Part shown: positions 12,413 through 23,685 of the stretch, piece by piece | Position numbering within the stretch: position 1 is the first letter of the stretch | Layout of the letters: each line of letters starts with the position of its first letter | NCBI RefSeq assembly: GCF_036321535.1 | Contig: NC_087437.1 | Span: forward strand, 38,008,001 to 38,072,000 | Direction: 5' to 3' | DNA from: Camelus dromedarius | Lineage: Eukaryota | DNA length: 64,000 nucleotides | Notes under the pieces: generated by a model | The model's database searches: none | Told to the model about the DNA's origin: nothing | Seen by the model: only the letters and a program-made list of their open reading frames with translations | Position numbers and translations under genes: made by a program

Positions 12413-14279
12413 AAAATATTAAACAGGTCATTTTGTTGATGTTTAAGACAGGTAACTAGTCTGAGCCTCAGTTCTAGAAACTTAACAACTTCAAGAGAAG
12501 TAACAAGATGCTTGTAGCACTTCATCCAGTACACGTCAGACGCTCAGTAAATCCAAGTCAGGATTGATATTAGTATGTTATTTTTAACTTGCACATTATT
12601 AGCATATTGACAGACTAGACTATGCTGAAAACGCCTGTACTTAAAAGAGGTTTCAGTAGTTTCCCATAAATACTTTTTATATTATTGACATTTTTATTAA
12701 GTTCATTTTCATTGATAATGCAGCCCGACATGAGTTTAGACAAGTTCTGACACCACAAAGTCTAAATTTTTTGAGTCTCAGTAATTGAGATTTTGTTATT
12801 TCAGGATCTAAGATAAAAAGCCTCACTTAACGTTTTAGATGCTTTGTTAAGACATCATTCTTTCATCTCTGTCCTGGACTAGTGACTTTTCACTTGTGTG
12901 CAATATGTCATTAAAAACAGTAAAGACTTTGTTCCACAAATGATACAATATTATCTTGTTTTTTTAAGTTAATGTTTTTCCCTTTGTCATGAAACAGCCG
13001 TTACTAATCTGCTCAAATCATTTGTAAATCTCTGGCTTTCATCAATGCTTGCTACATTTTTTCCATCAAAAAGAAGAACAAATTATATATTAATTTTGCT
13101 GTCCCTCCTTCTCTAATGGAATTTCTCTTCCAACTCACCTTTTGTGAGTCAACTGACATGTGGCAAATACCCTCCTCACAGATGGATCCATAATGGCCAT
13201 CACACAGTTGCTGAGTTTTGCAACACAGGTGCTTACATCGGCCCTGCTTGCCTGCCAGCAATATACAGATTTTTGGCAGACCCCCACAGTTGTAAAAAGA
13301 AGCAGAGAGACAGCACATGCTCGTTCAGCTGGCACTCATCCTTCTCTGCAGTGGGGCCCACACTTGAGCCAGGCTCACTGCTATCATCACCTCTTGGTCC
13401 CTGAATCACTGTCAGGTTCTTGACCCATATCTGCCACTTGCAAGGAAACTCTTTTGGTTTAATTACAAATGTGCAGATTTACTCTGGAAATAATGTGTTC
13501 CTTCATGCAATATTTGCTACCAAAAAAGGAGTGGAAACTGAGAAACTTGAAGGCAGTCTTTTTTCTTTCTGATACAAAATTAAATGTTTCTACAATAAAT
13601 ATAACAATGCATTCAAAATGAGGTTTCCTTTGTTAAAAAGTCGTATGTTCGCTATCAGTTTTTAAATTAAACCTTTGATTTTCCAAACATACCTTTGTCA
13701 TTTTTACTCGATGATCTATCTAGAGACAGTGATTGCTATTCATATATGTGGATGGATCTGAAAATACTGTTTGCGAGCTGTTTTTCAGCATGAGTGCATA
13801 TTAGTGGGAATTCATGCTCTGGGCTAGTTTCCAGGACTCCTAATGTGACTTAGAGATAGACTCACCCTTGAGGAACTCATAGTAGAGTTGATGGAAATGT
13901 CAGTGCGATACCTTCTACTAAATAGAATGAATAAAATGAAGTGATACTGGTGGGAGGAGAGGCTGTTGTGCCTGAGAAGGGTCAAGGAGAGCAATGGAAA
14001 GACAATGACATACACTTCCAGCTTACAGGATGTGAAATAGTTCATTAGGAATGTATGTGGATGTAGGTAGTTAGGACAAAGGGAAATGGAACAGCAGGTT
14101 TGTTTTGGAAAATGGAGTTCACATATGTTTGTTATGATTAACTAGAGATGTAATTGGAATGATAGTCTTGGATCAGAAATGAAGATCTAATAATTTTTCC
14201 TAAGGAAAATGGGATTTATTTAAATGTAGGCAATGTGAAATTTATGTCTACAAAGAACACTTGAATTACACCATCAACT

Positions 14280-14870
14280 TACCATCATTTTCAAGTCTTC
14301 CTTTTTCTTCATACCCCATATTCGACCTATTAAAGAGCTCTTATTATTTCACCTTCAAAGCGTATTCCACCTTCTTATCCAAACCCTTACAGTTATTATG
14401 CACTTCCAAGCCATAATCTTTTCTTGTCTGCACTATTTTAATAGCCTCCTTACTGGTTTCCCTGCTTCTGTTTGAACTACCTATCTGTCCCAAGATCTTT
14501 GCCACACAGCAGTTAGAACTATCTTTCAAATTCTAAGTTGGATCATGTCATTCCCCTGCTTATTACCCTGCCAACTGATGTCCACTGAATTTATAATAAA
14601 AGTCAAAGTCCTAATGCTCTTATAAGACCCTACATGATTCAACTTCATCTCTTGTGGCTCTTGCTATTCTTTCTAGATTCCAGTCTTTCCCTAAAACACC
14701 ATAAGGTTATTTTGGCCAGGGGATCTCTGCACTGGCCTGGAATGCTCTTCCTCAGATAGTTGCATGATGGTGTCATTCTTGTTATCTTCATGTCAGATTT
14801 AGATCGGTGACTTGGGGGACCATTTTCTACCGTTCAACCTAAAGTCATCCTCCAGGCCTACACTATTACA
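14280..14870 (+). mobile_element. L2 LINE fragment
   Basis: 'aatagcctccttactggtttccctgcttct', 'gatcatgtcattcccctgctta', 'taagaccctacatgat' and 'gcctggaatgctcttcctcagata' are typical L2 3'-region motifs. Confidence 0.75.
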
Positions 14871-15849
14871 GTGTACCTCTCAGTAAGGCCTTTTGAGTAG
14901 TTGGGAATGTAAATAAGGAACTTGCAACAGAACGTAAATCAATGCACTGTTTTCTTCATGGAGAATGTACTGCTGTGTAACAAAAAATGTCGACTATAGT
15001 GTCTCATGTGTACAAGTCATACTTGCTTTATTCAGAAACTGCAGAAGCCAGAATGGTGAAAATTTTTTTAAAAATGTAGTTTTATCTTGATCAGAAAATA
15101 GACCTGATTATCTGACCAAGAACCTGCCTGGGCATAGTATTAGGACTTTGGGCTTTTTGTTAACCTCCTCTCATATCTTAGCAACAGAAAAAAGGGAGGA
15201 AGGGAGTGTGTATGGACAACATGAAAGTCAAAGAAATTCTGTCTGGATGTGGTACTGGTACCCAAATTTTGATGCTTCTTTTCCTTTATTTTATAAGAGG
15301 AAGAGATGGCCTGAGTTTTAGGCAAGTCCTCACATCCACTTCATCTGTTCCAAAAACCCAGGATATTGATACATTCTGCTATTGACTGAAGCAAACTGTA
15401 AGTGCTCATTTTAACATTTTATCCTGGAAATTAAAGTCTATAAATTGTTTCTTTCATTTCAGAAGTCCTATGGGCTATTTTTTTTTCCTGTAAAAGAATC
15501 TATGCCTTGGTTGAGATCCCAGAGTTCTGCACCACAGAGCATGGAAGAGCCATTTTGGCCTGGAACTGTTAAGGACAGGTGTTATCAGTTATCCACCGAC
15601 ATTGAAGAACTTTAGTAAGTCTCTTGCCAAATTTTGAATAGCACTGCCTTCATGGGTCCTCCACCGTTAGTCAGCAGCAAAATGCTGCTCCAAGCAGTTG
15701 AAAATATTAACATGTCGGATGGAATTATTTAGCATCATCCATTATATTGCAGAACAAAGCTTGTCAAAAGCAACAGTGTAGGTATTCCATTGTTATTTTT
15801 GTTGCTGTATTTTTTTTTCCCCTGAGAATAATTAAATAGGTTTGGCTGC

Positions 15850-16900
15850 CTTTTAAAAATTATATGTGATTATTTGTTTTGAAAAGGCAACATATGCACA
15901 TACTACAAAGTGTAAAAGGCACTCAAAGACAACATGAAAAATAATTCTCAGGCTGACATTTCTATCACAGCCATCTCATTCTCTCCCGGGAGGCATTTAC
16001 TCTCATATTTTTAAATGTGTTTCCAGAGATAACATAGATTATGTACATTCAAGCATATGTACTAAACATTGATTTTAAATAAAAATCGTGATACATCTAT
16101 AATATTATGTATATTGATTCCTTAGAGATTTTTCCACATCAGCACATAAGGAGTTCCTTCATCTGACTGCTGTATGGAATTCCATCTTTTGAATGAACCA
16201 AGTTAGCTGTAACACTTTCTTATTAGTGGACATTTACGTAGTTTCCCAGTCTTTCTAATAAAGAATATTTTTAAAGTTTTGTAGACGTCCTAGGGTATGT
16301 GCACCACTTGAACACCTTTCCCCCTGAGAAACAGTGCCCTTTTTCAGTTTACAGGCAAAAAACGTTGATCTAACATATTTTTTGCCAAATTACACTGTCA
16401 ATTCTTTTTGTCCTCCTGCTTCAGTTTTCATACTTAGCAAGCTGATTGTACTGGATCTCCTTTTTCAGTCTTCCCAATTCATCTTTGTCTTATTTTACTC
16501 TTTTTTAATTTTTAATTTATTTTGTTTACTTTTCAGTCCTGTCATATTTCCACTGTTTTCAGCTATGATTTTCTTTTCTATGTTGCTCCTAATATGGGCT
16601 TTATATCTGAGGTATTTTTTCCTTCTGCTTCTTTCCTGTACTTTACAAACTCATGTGTTGTCTCTGTTAGCTACCACATCTTTCCTGAATTCTTCTATCT
16701 TTACTTTGAACTATTGTTTATGTAATTCCTTGTTTTATTTTTAATATTTTTAAATTTTAATGCCAATATGTTTGGTCACAATTTTTATCTGCTCCATGAA
16801 ATTATTTTTTTCCTAGTGAGTATTTTTTGCCCATCTTTTATTTTCCTGATTTTTTTTTTTCTTGTTATTCTTGCATTTTCCTGTAAATCCTGTGCTGGTA
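15850..16900 (-). mobile_element. Degenerate old L1/HAL1-like fragments
   Basis: T-rich antisense L1 text such as 'agatttttccacatcagcacataag...ggaattccat...tattagtggacatttacgtagtttcc'. This explains the low-complexity F/L/S-rich ORF at 16334-16744. Confidence 0.5.
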
Positions 16901-18768
16901 TCTTAATTTCAAAGAATTGAGTCCTGGGACCAAAAATTTGCAGAAATTTTTTGTAAGGCAAAAATTTTTCTTAAGACTTTATTGAATTTGGCCATTATTT
17001 CCTTAGTTTATTATTGAAATAAAGTATTATTTATGTTTAAAATACATTTTGATATTTAATTATGTCACTTAAAATCTCTTAGCTTAGTGGTCTTGACTTG
17101 TTTATCTTGATCTTCATCAACCAGTGCTATTTTAAAACAATGCAAAGAAGAGGCATTGGGTGAATTTACTATGCCCAAGCAATGAGTTGATTTATTCTAA
17201 CTCGGGGTTAGCGGTGTTATGCCTCTTGACGCTTAATTGAAAAAAAAAAAAAAACAACTCAGTAAAAATAAAAGGAGGCTTTAAATACTGATGAGTATAT
17301 AAGCAGATTATATAAAGTAAGTCTGAGAGTTATAGAATCTATTATAATGAAAATAAATTATTGGTGGAAGTGCTTCTCAGACTGAAAACTGGAGCACTGT
17401 GATTCAGGAAAAATAATTTTCTAGTTCTTGTGACTATTTGATGGTGTTGACATGCACTTTCATTTGTCTTTTCTGTAGAAGAATTAATACCAATATTGTA
17501 CCAATATTGTAATCACCAGTTGATATCACAACAGCTGAGTTACTTATTCTTGGGTGGCACATCTCTGAGTTTCCGATGAAAGATTTCTGACACCCTGATT
17601 TACCTTAAGTTTTTGAGGATGTGCTTTTTTTCTTCTATTTCCAGCACAGAAATTTCTGCACTGATGTCACATGTAATTGCAACCTAAACCCCTTTACCTT
17701 TTTAGAATAAAAAAATCTTTAAAAGTGCAGATCAGCAGCATTTGAACTCTACCATTTTAACTAATCATATTTCTGTGCTGAAAACTGAGCCAGACACAGA
17801 ACAAACAGACCTCTGAGAATGAATCCTGGTGCATCCATAGCCATGCAAGGCTGAAATAACATGAAACAAAACCAACAAGAAAAGTGAAGAATAAACTGAA
17901 AGAGAACATTGCTAAGGCAGTTTTCTGTCTACTGCAGCATCTTGTAGTGGAACCCAGATAAGCATCCTTTCTTAGCAGAGTCCTCCACTAGAATTTCCTC
18001 TTAGAACCTAACAGATATTGGATTTCCCCACTGATTAAGTCCAAGTTATATGAAATATAATCTGTCTCCTCTTCCTGTGCCGGTGCCTGAAGGATTAAAT
18101 CAGGAATCCCCACTTATTTATAACTGCCAAAATTTATTTCAACATTTATATTACATAATACAGTGTTAGATTTACAGGAAAATGACTCATCTGAAAGGAA
18201 TGTCTATATCTAAAGATAACTTGCTTTTTAAAACTCTGCTAGTACAGAAATAAAAGAAAATTTTAGAATATTTATGAATATATAAAAATTTATTTTTAAA
18301 ATTTTAAACGAATTTTTTTACTTATGAAGTTGTAACAATGAATTATGAAGAGAAAATAAGTCAAAGTAAGTAAAACTATATGAGATGCAAAAAAATATAA
18401 AACTTAGTGAAAATAATGATGGTAATAAAATTAGATATAGAAAACAAACCTGGGAGGAGAAGCAAACACTAGAAGGAAATTTTCTCAAATTAGAGTATTT
18501 CTGAGGAAAGGAATAAAAAACAATTAAAGTGAGGCTACAGTGGGACAGATTCAGGTAATCTGACTCATGTGTAATAGGACTACAGGAGGTGAGAAAAAAG
18601 TAGACAGAGCACAAATAACAAAAATATATACATGTGAACACTTTCACCAAATAACGATATATACTAACTGGAAGATTGAAAATACCTCTGAAAACCTAGG
18701 AAAAATTATGTTAGATAAATAATATTTAGATATAACTTGGTGAAATAATACATATATATGTACATAGA

Positions 18769-19245
18769 TGTAGTAGTTTCTTATGGCTGCTATAATACAT
18801 TAACACAAACTTGATGGCTTAAACAATGGAAATTGATTCATTCACAATTCTGGACGTTAGAAATTTGAAATCCATTTCAATGCATCAAAACCAAGGTGTC
18901 AGCAGGGCCATCTTCCCTCCATAGACTCCAGGGAAGAATTTATTCTTTGTCTCTTCTACTTCAGGTGGCTGCTGGCATTCCTTGGCTTGTGGCCACATCT
19001 CTCCAAACTGTCTCCAGTCACATTGCCTTCTCTTCCTTGTCAAATCTCCCTCTGTCTCTCTCTTACAAGGATACTTGTGATTGCATCTGTTGCTCTTGTG
19101 GATAATCCAGTAATATCTGCCTCTCTCAAGATCTTCAACTTAATCACTTCTGCAATATTATTTCATGCATTATAAGACAACATTTACAAGTTCCAGAGAT
19201 TAGGAAGTGGATGTCTTTGGGGGTAGCACTATTTAATCTGTGAAT
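18769..19245 (-). mobile_element. MaLR solo LTR, MLT1C-like
   Basis: 'tgtagtagtttcttatggctgctataa...caaacttgatggcttaaacaa', 'caaggtgtcagcagggcca', 'ggtggctgctggcattccttggcttgtggccacatc' and 'tctcttacaaggatacttgtgattg'. It interrupts A-rich old L1-like sequence (~18320-19600). Confidence 0.85.
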
Positions 19246-19639
19246 TATATGTATATATGCATGTACGTGTAAATCTTGCAAGCATCCAAATAGATTGTAT
19301 GCATGGAAACAAAAATCTAGTTACTCTTAGACTTTCAGTCTGTAGAGAATACTATGGAGTTGAGGAAAATATATTTAAATGGTGATATTATAGATTCAAT
19401 CAAATTGTCACTCATTTGTGAAGACAATCAAAAGATTTTCTCAGCTATAAAAAGGCTTAGTTTACTTCTCCTGAAGAAAAAATTCTGTTGAATTATAGAT
19501 GGATGGGAGATGAGTCACGATTAGAAACTTGAGAATAAGGGAGGTTGTTTTACAAAGATCTGGCAAAAAGCACTATAGTTGCACAGAGACTTAAACATCA
19601 AATTAAGTCTCAGTGCTAGACTGCTGGCTCTACTCAGTC

Positions 19640-20315
19640 CAGATTCACACTCAGTCTCTAGGTAATCTTCAGTCCTGTGGCTTCATGTACCATCTTCATG
19701 CTGGAGACAGCCTAATCCCCAACTCTGATCTAGACCTCTCCCCTCAACTCTACTTTCACTTAACAGTGTTCTCCTTGTTTCTTCCTTAGATACCTAGTGT
19801 GCATCTGAAAGCTAACATGCTCTGAACCAAAGCCTTATTTCTATTTAGACCTGCTGAACCTACAACTTTCCTTGTCTCAGGATATGATAAATCCATTCAG
19901 CCAGCTATTTAGACAGAAAATCTTGTATTCAAGGTTTGTTTTTTGGAAAATCCTTTGGCTATTGCTTAGAAATGTAATAAACATGATACCTCTTACTTCT
20001 CTACAGCTAATATCTAGCTCAAGGCATTCTTCTCTCTTGCCAGGAGTAAACAACTTCCTCTATGCCCACTCTTGCCTTCTTATAGTCTAGTCTCCAAAGG
20101 ACCAGGGTGCTGCTTTTGAAATAAAATGTGAGTATGATTATGTAACTCATCTGTTCAAAGCCCTGTAATGGCTTCCGATCTGCCCCTCTCCTCACTTCCT
20201 GACCTCATCCCCTACCACTCCCCGATCTCCTCCAGCAGCTTAGGCCTCCTACCTGTTCCTAAACACAGTAAGTGAGATTTCCCCAGGGCTTCTCATATGT
20301 TCCTTCTGCCTGAAC
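19640..20315 (+). mobile_element. L2 LINE fragment
   Basis: 'cagtcctgtggcttcatgtaccatcttcatgctgga', 'tagacctctcccctcaactc' and 'tatgtaactcatctgttcaaagccctgtaatggcttcc'. Confidence 0.7.
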
Positions 20316-21933
20316 TTAATTGAGACAATGTCCCAAAACATTCCACTACTGAATTTCTTTAGATGAGATCCAAGCCAGACTCACTTTACTGAAATTGACA
20401 TGCCTTTGAGTGATGATATAATGTGATAAATCAAACACTTTTCATTAAGGCATGAGCATATAACAGTTCAAATTATTGTTCTTCCAAGGGATAGTGACAG
20501 TCAAAAGGAAGTTGAAAAGATGATTGAAAGACATCTTAGAAAAAATTGGAATGTTTTTCAGGCATTGAAAAATGCACGTGAAAAGGTAGAATTCCAGACA
20601 GCAGTGCCAACAAATGACCAAGAACTTTAGGTGCTCCAGAATTTAAGGCACTCCTTTGTAGCCTTCGATCTAGTCTAAGTAAATTGCTGCCTCTCTAACT
20701 GGCTGTAACACCAGGTGAACTGAGCGTGAGAACGTTGCTCACTCTCTGTCTTTGAAAACTTCAGAAACCTTAGAAGAAAGAAGGAATAGCATTCTGTTAG
20801 CCTTCTCACTTAATATTTTGCACATGACTTCAAAGAGACAACTCCAAGGGAGATTATTAAAATTTTATCTTTCATGGTTATGTGAAAATGTTAATTCACT
20901 TACCAAAGAGAATATTATACACACATTTGGTTTAAAATTGAAATGCCATAGCAGATGTTAGCATTTGAGTTTTTCTCTCACTTATTACCTTGCACAAAGA
21001 TAGTAACTTCAAAATTAGCATATTACAATGTTGTAAAACAATGATAGCACATTCCAACTAAAGAAAACCAGGGGAATGTCTTACAGGCAGTGGGAGAGGA
21101 AGAATCCTCTTGGACTAAAAATGTTATTTTGTGCTTGGGACGATAGACCAAGAGACTCATTTCCATTGATGTGGTGAGAAATAACAGCTAAACCAAATTT
21201 TGTGCCTCCTGAAACTCCTCTCTTTCTGGAAATCATCTTTAAGAAAAATAAAATACAGTTGCGTACTGTGCATTCAAGGGGGTCCTTGCAAGGAGGATTC
21301 CTAAAGTTTAACTTATTAGCTTCATGATACACTTTTTATCCCCCTGGGAAAATGTTATTTTTTGTTCCCATAGGCCTAAGAGTATAATGAAAATTTGTAT
21401 CAAAGATGTACATGTAATGCTTTATATCACCAGTAACTCCTAGATCACAGCACATGAATCTCTAGTTATTCCTTTGCATGAGTGAAAAAGAAAAGGAAAG
21501 AGGAAAGGATAAAAGAGGGAAAAAAGAAAAAAAAAAATCCTACATGAGAATGAGAGAATCCATTTGTTCACAGCACTTCTATCAGGAAAACATTATGCCC
21601 ATGGAAAATTAAATTTAATGTAGAAGGGAAGAAAAAAATACAATAGAACATTAAGAAATGTTAAAAATGAAAAATGTCAAAAACTTGAAGTTAACACCAA
21701 AATTCAAATTATCATCTAAGGTCTAAAAAATATTAGAAAAAAATTACTAAAAAATAGGTAGTCAGCGCTTCATAAATTCTAGTTCTGCTGCCCTCTTCAC
21801 TAGGTAAGAGAAATACTCTTTTGAAGGATGTTTGCTGCACGAAAATATTTGTATTTTCCTGATATAGTAGTAGAAAGTTGGTAGAAATGTGAGTATGCCC
21901 TAGACATTTTAAGTGTTGGATTTTGGTTTAGGC

Positions 21934-22487
21934 TGTTAAAGTGAAAATTGCACTGGACAGTGTTCAACTGTCAAGAAAGACTTTGTTCAAGGCTACTGCA
22001 ATAGGGGAGAGACTGAATCCAACTTCCTGAAACAGAAGATGTGAGGTTTGTTAAGTGCTGAGGTGAGCTAGTGGAAAAGTACTGGAGGACGTTCAGGGAG
22101 GGCTGACCAATGGGATGTGTTCAGCATATAGAGTTATTCCTGAGTTCGCAGTGTTTCCTACTGGGATTAGGCCATCTGATAATTGGTTCCCAAAAAAGTT
22201 CAGCTCCTCCCTTCCCATAGAGACTGAAAGATGGAAGCACCATCTCTTTTAATGTTTAGTTTTAAAATGATGGTTCCCAGGTCTGTGAGAAAGACATTTT
22301 CTGGGTAGTAAAACTGGCAAGAGACTGAGGATTTATTTACATTTCAAAGGGGGCAGAGAAATAATTTACAAATCCAAGATTTTTGAAATAAATTCTCTAA
22401 GAAACAAGAGGTTAGAGGCCCGCAGCCAGGAAGAAATCTGTCTAAACTTTAGTCAAGCTGAGAGTAACATTAAGGCTAACTTGGTCA
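21934..22487 (-). mobile_element. ERV1 solo LTR, MER67-like
   Basis: TG...CA termini. Minus strand begins 'tgaccaagttagccttaatgttactctcagcttgactaaagtttagacagatttcttcctg', as in the recalled MER67 consensus. Near-identical 4-bp flanks aggc (21930-21933) / aagc (22488-22491). Confidence 0.8.
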
Positions 22488-23508
22488 AAGCAATGACTTT
22501 GAGTTTATATTCCACATTGTATTAGCTATACTAGTAACATTACTCTGATTTTTATCCCTCTTTGACTAAAACTGGGAGTGGCTATCCTAGGTAGATGATA
22601 AATAGATGAGTGATAGATATATAGATAGGTAGATAGATAGATCATTCACTTGGAATATTCATTTCAAGGATTTTAGAATGCTTAACGTTGTTAAATATAT
22701 TTTCATAGTTTATTCTCCACAGACTTCTTTGGTAAGTTGTTCTTTTTTTTTTTTTTTTTCCTCCCTTTTTCTTCCTGAACCATTGAAGGGAATCAGAAAC
22801 AATTAAAACAGAATGGAAGGTCTCACTTCAGAAAAACAAGGTAATTCAGTAATTGCCTCAAGCAAAAGACTTCTGCTAATTCTTCTAAGGAGAAAAACAA
22901 CTCTGAGTACTAACCTACCTAGTTTAATCATCATTAAGTAATTAATCCTAACAACATCTCTTTATGAGCCTGGCAAGAATGATTACTTGTGCATATTTTT
23001 GAGAGCTCACAAGACAGTCAATTTTTACATAAAAAGTGCAATGGAAAATGCGAATTAAAATTCTGATTCCTTATCTTGAATCTGTATTACTATTATCAAT
23101 TATTGTCAATTGAGCAAATTCTGGGTTAACTCAAAGCAAACAATGATCTTCTGTAATAACTGAAGTTATATAAACTACTGTAAAACATTATATATATATA
23201 TTTCATGTACTCTTTCTTATTTTTCAAACATTTTCTCCCAAAGCGTATACTTATGGTAAAAATAATATCCTGAAAAGTTGACCTTCTAGTATGGAGGTCT
23301 TTGGGAAAAAGTATGCATGCCAAGTTTATTCTATACATTCAGAAATCTCTGTTTACAGTTCCTTGTTCAGAGAAAAATAATGAGGTCCTCAGATATCAGT
23401 AACAAGTACATTTTTTTCTCACATAAAATTGCAAATTTTATAGTTACCTGATTGTAAGTATTAAAACAGTATGAATATCCTCCCAGTTCTTTAACCATCT
23501 AGAATGGG

Positions 23509-23685
23509 TCATTAGTCTCCAAACTTTGCTGTACATTGGTATAATCAGAGATCATTAAGAAATACCCATTCCTGGCTCACACGCTCACACTGTGATTTAG
23601 TTGGTATGGGGTGTGGCACGGATGCTGGAATTTTTAATAACTTCCCAGGTAATTCTAATACTTAATCATGTTTGGAAACTATTGA
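23509..23685. mobile_element. hAT-Charlie MITE, MER5A1-like
   Basis: 'tctccaaactttgctgtacattgg...tgatttagttggtatggggtgtggc...ttcccaggtaattctaat...tttggaaactattg'. A second MER5-like remnant follows at ~23762-23877. Confidence 0.75.

Noticed and set aside
16334..16744. 136-aa hydrophobic ORF resembling a membrane protein
   Set aside because: It is an F/L/S-rich artefact of T-rich antisense L1/HAL1-like sequence.
21185..21345. Possible hAT-Tip100-type MITE remnant
   Set aside because: The end motif 'aacttattagcttcatgata' is suggestive, but the sequence is too diverged to assign a family or boundaries without a search.
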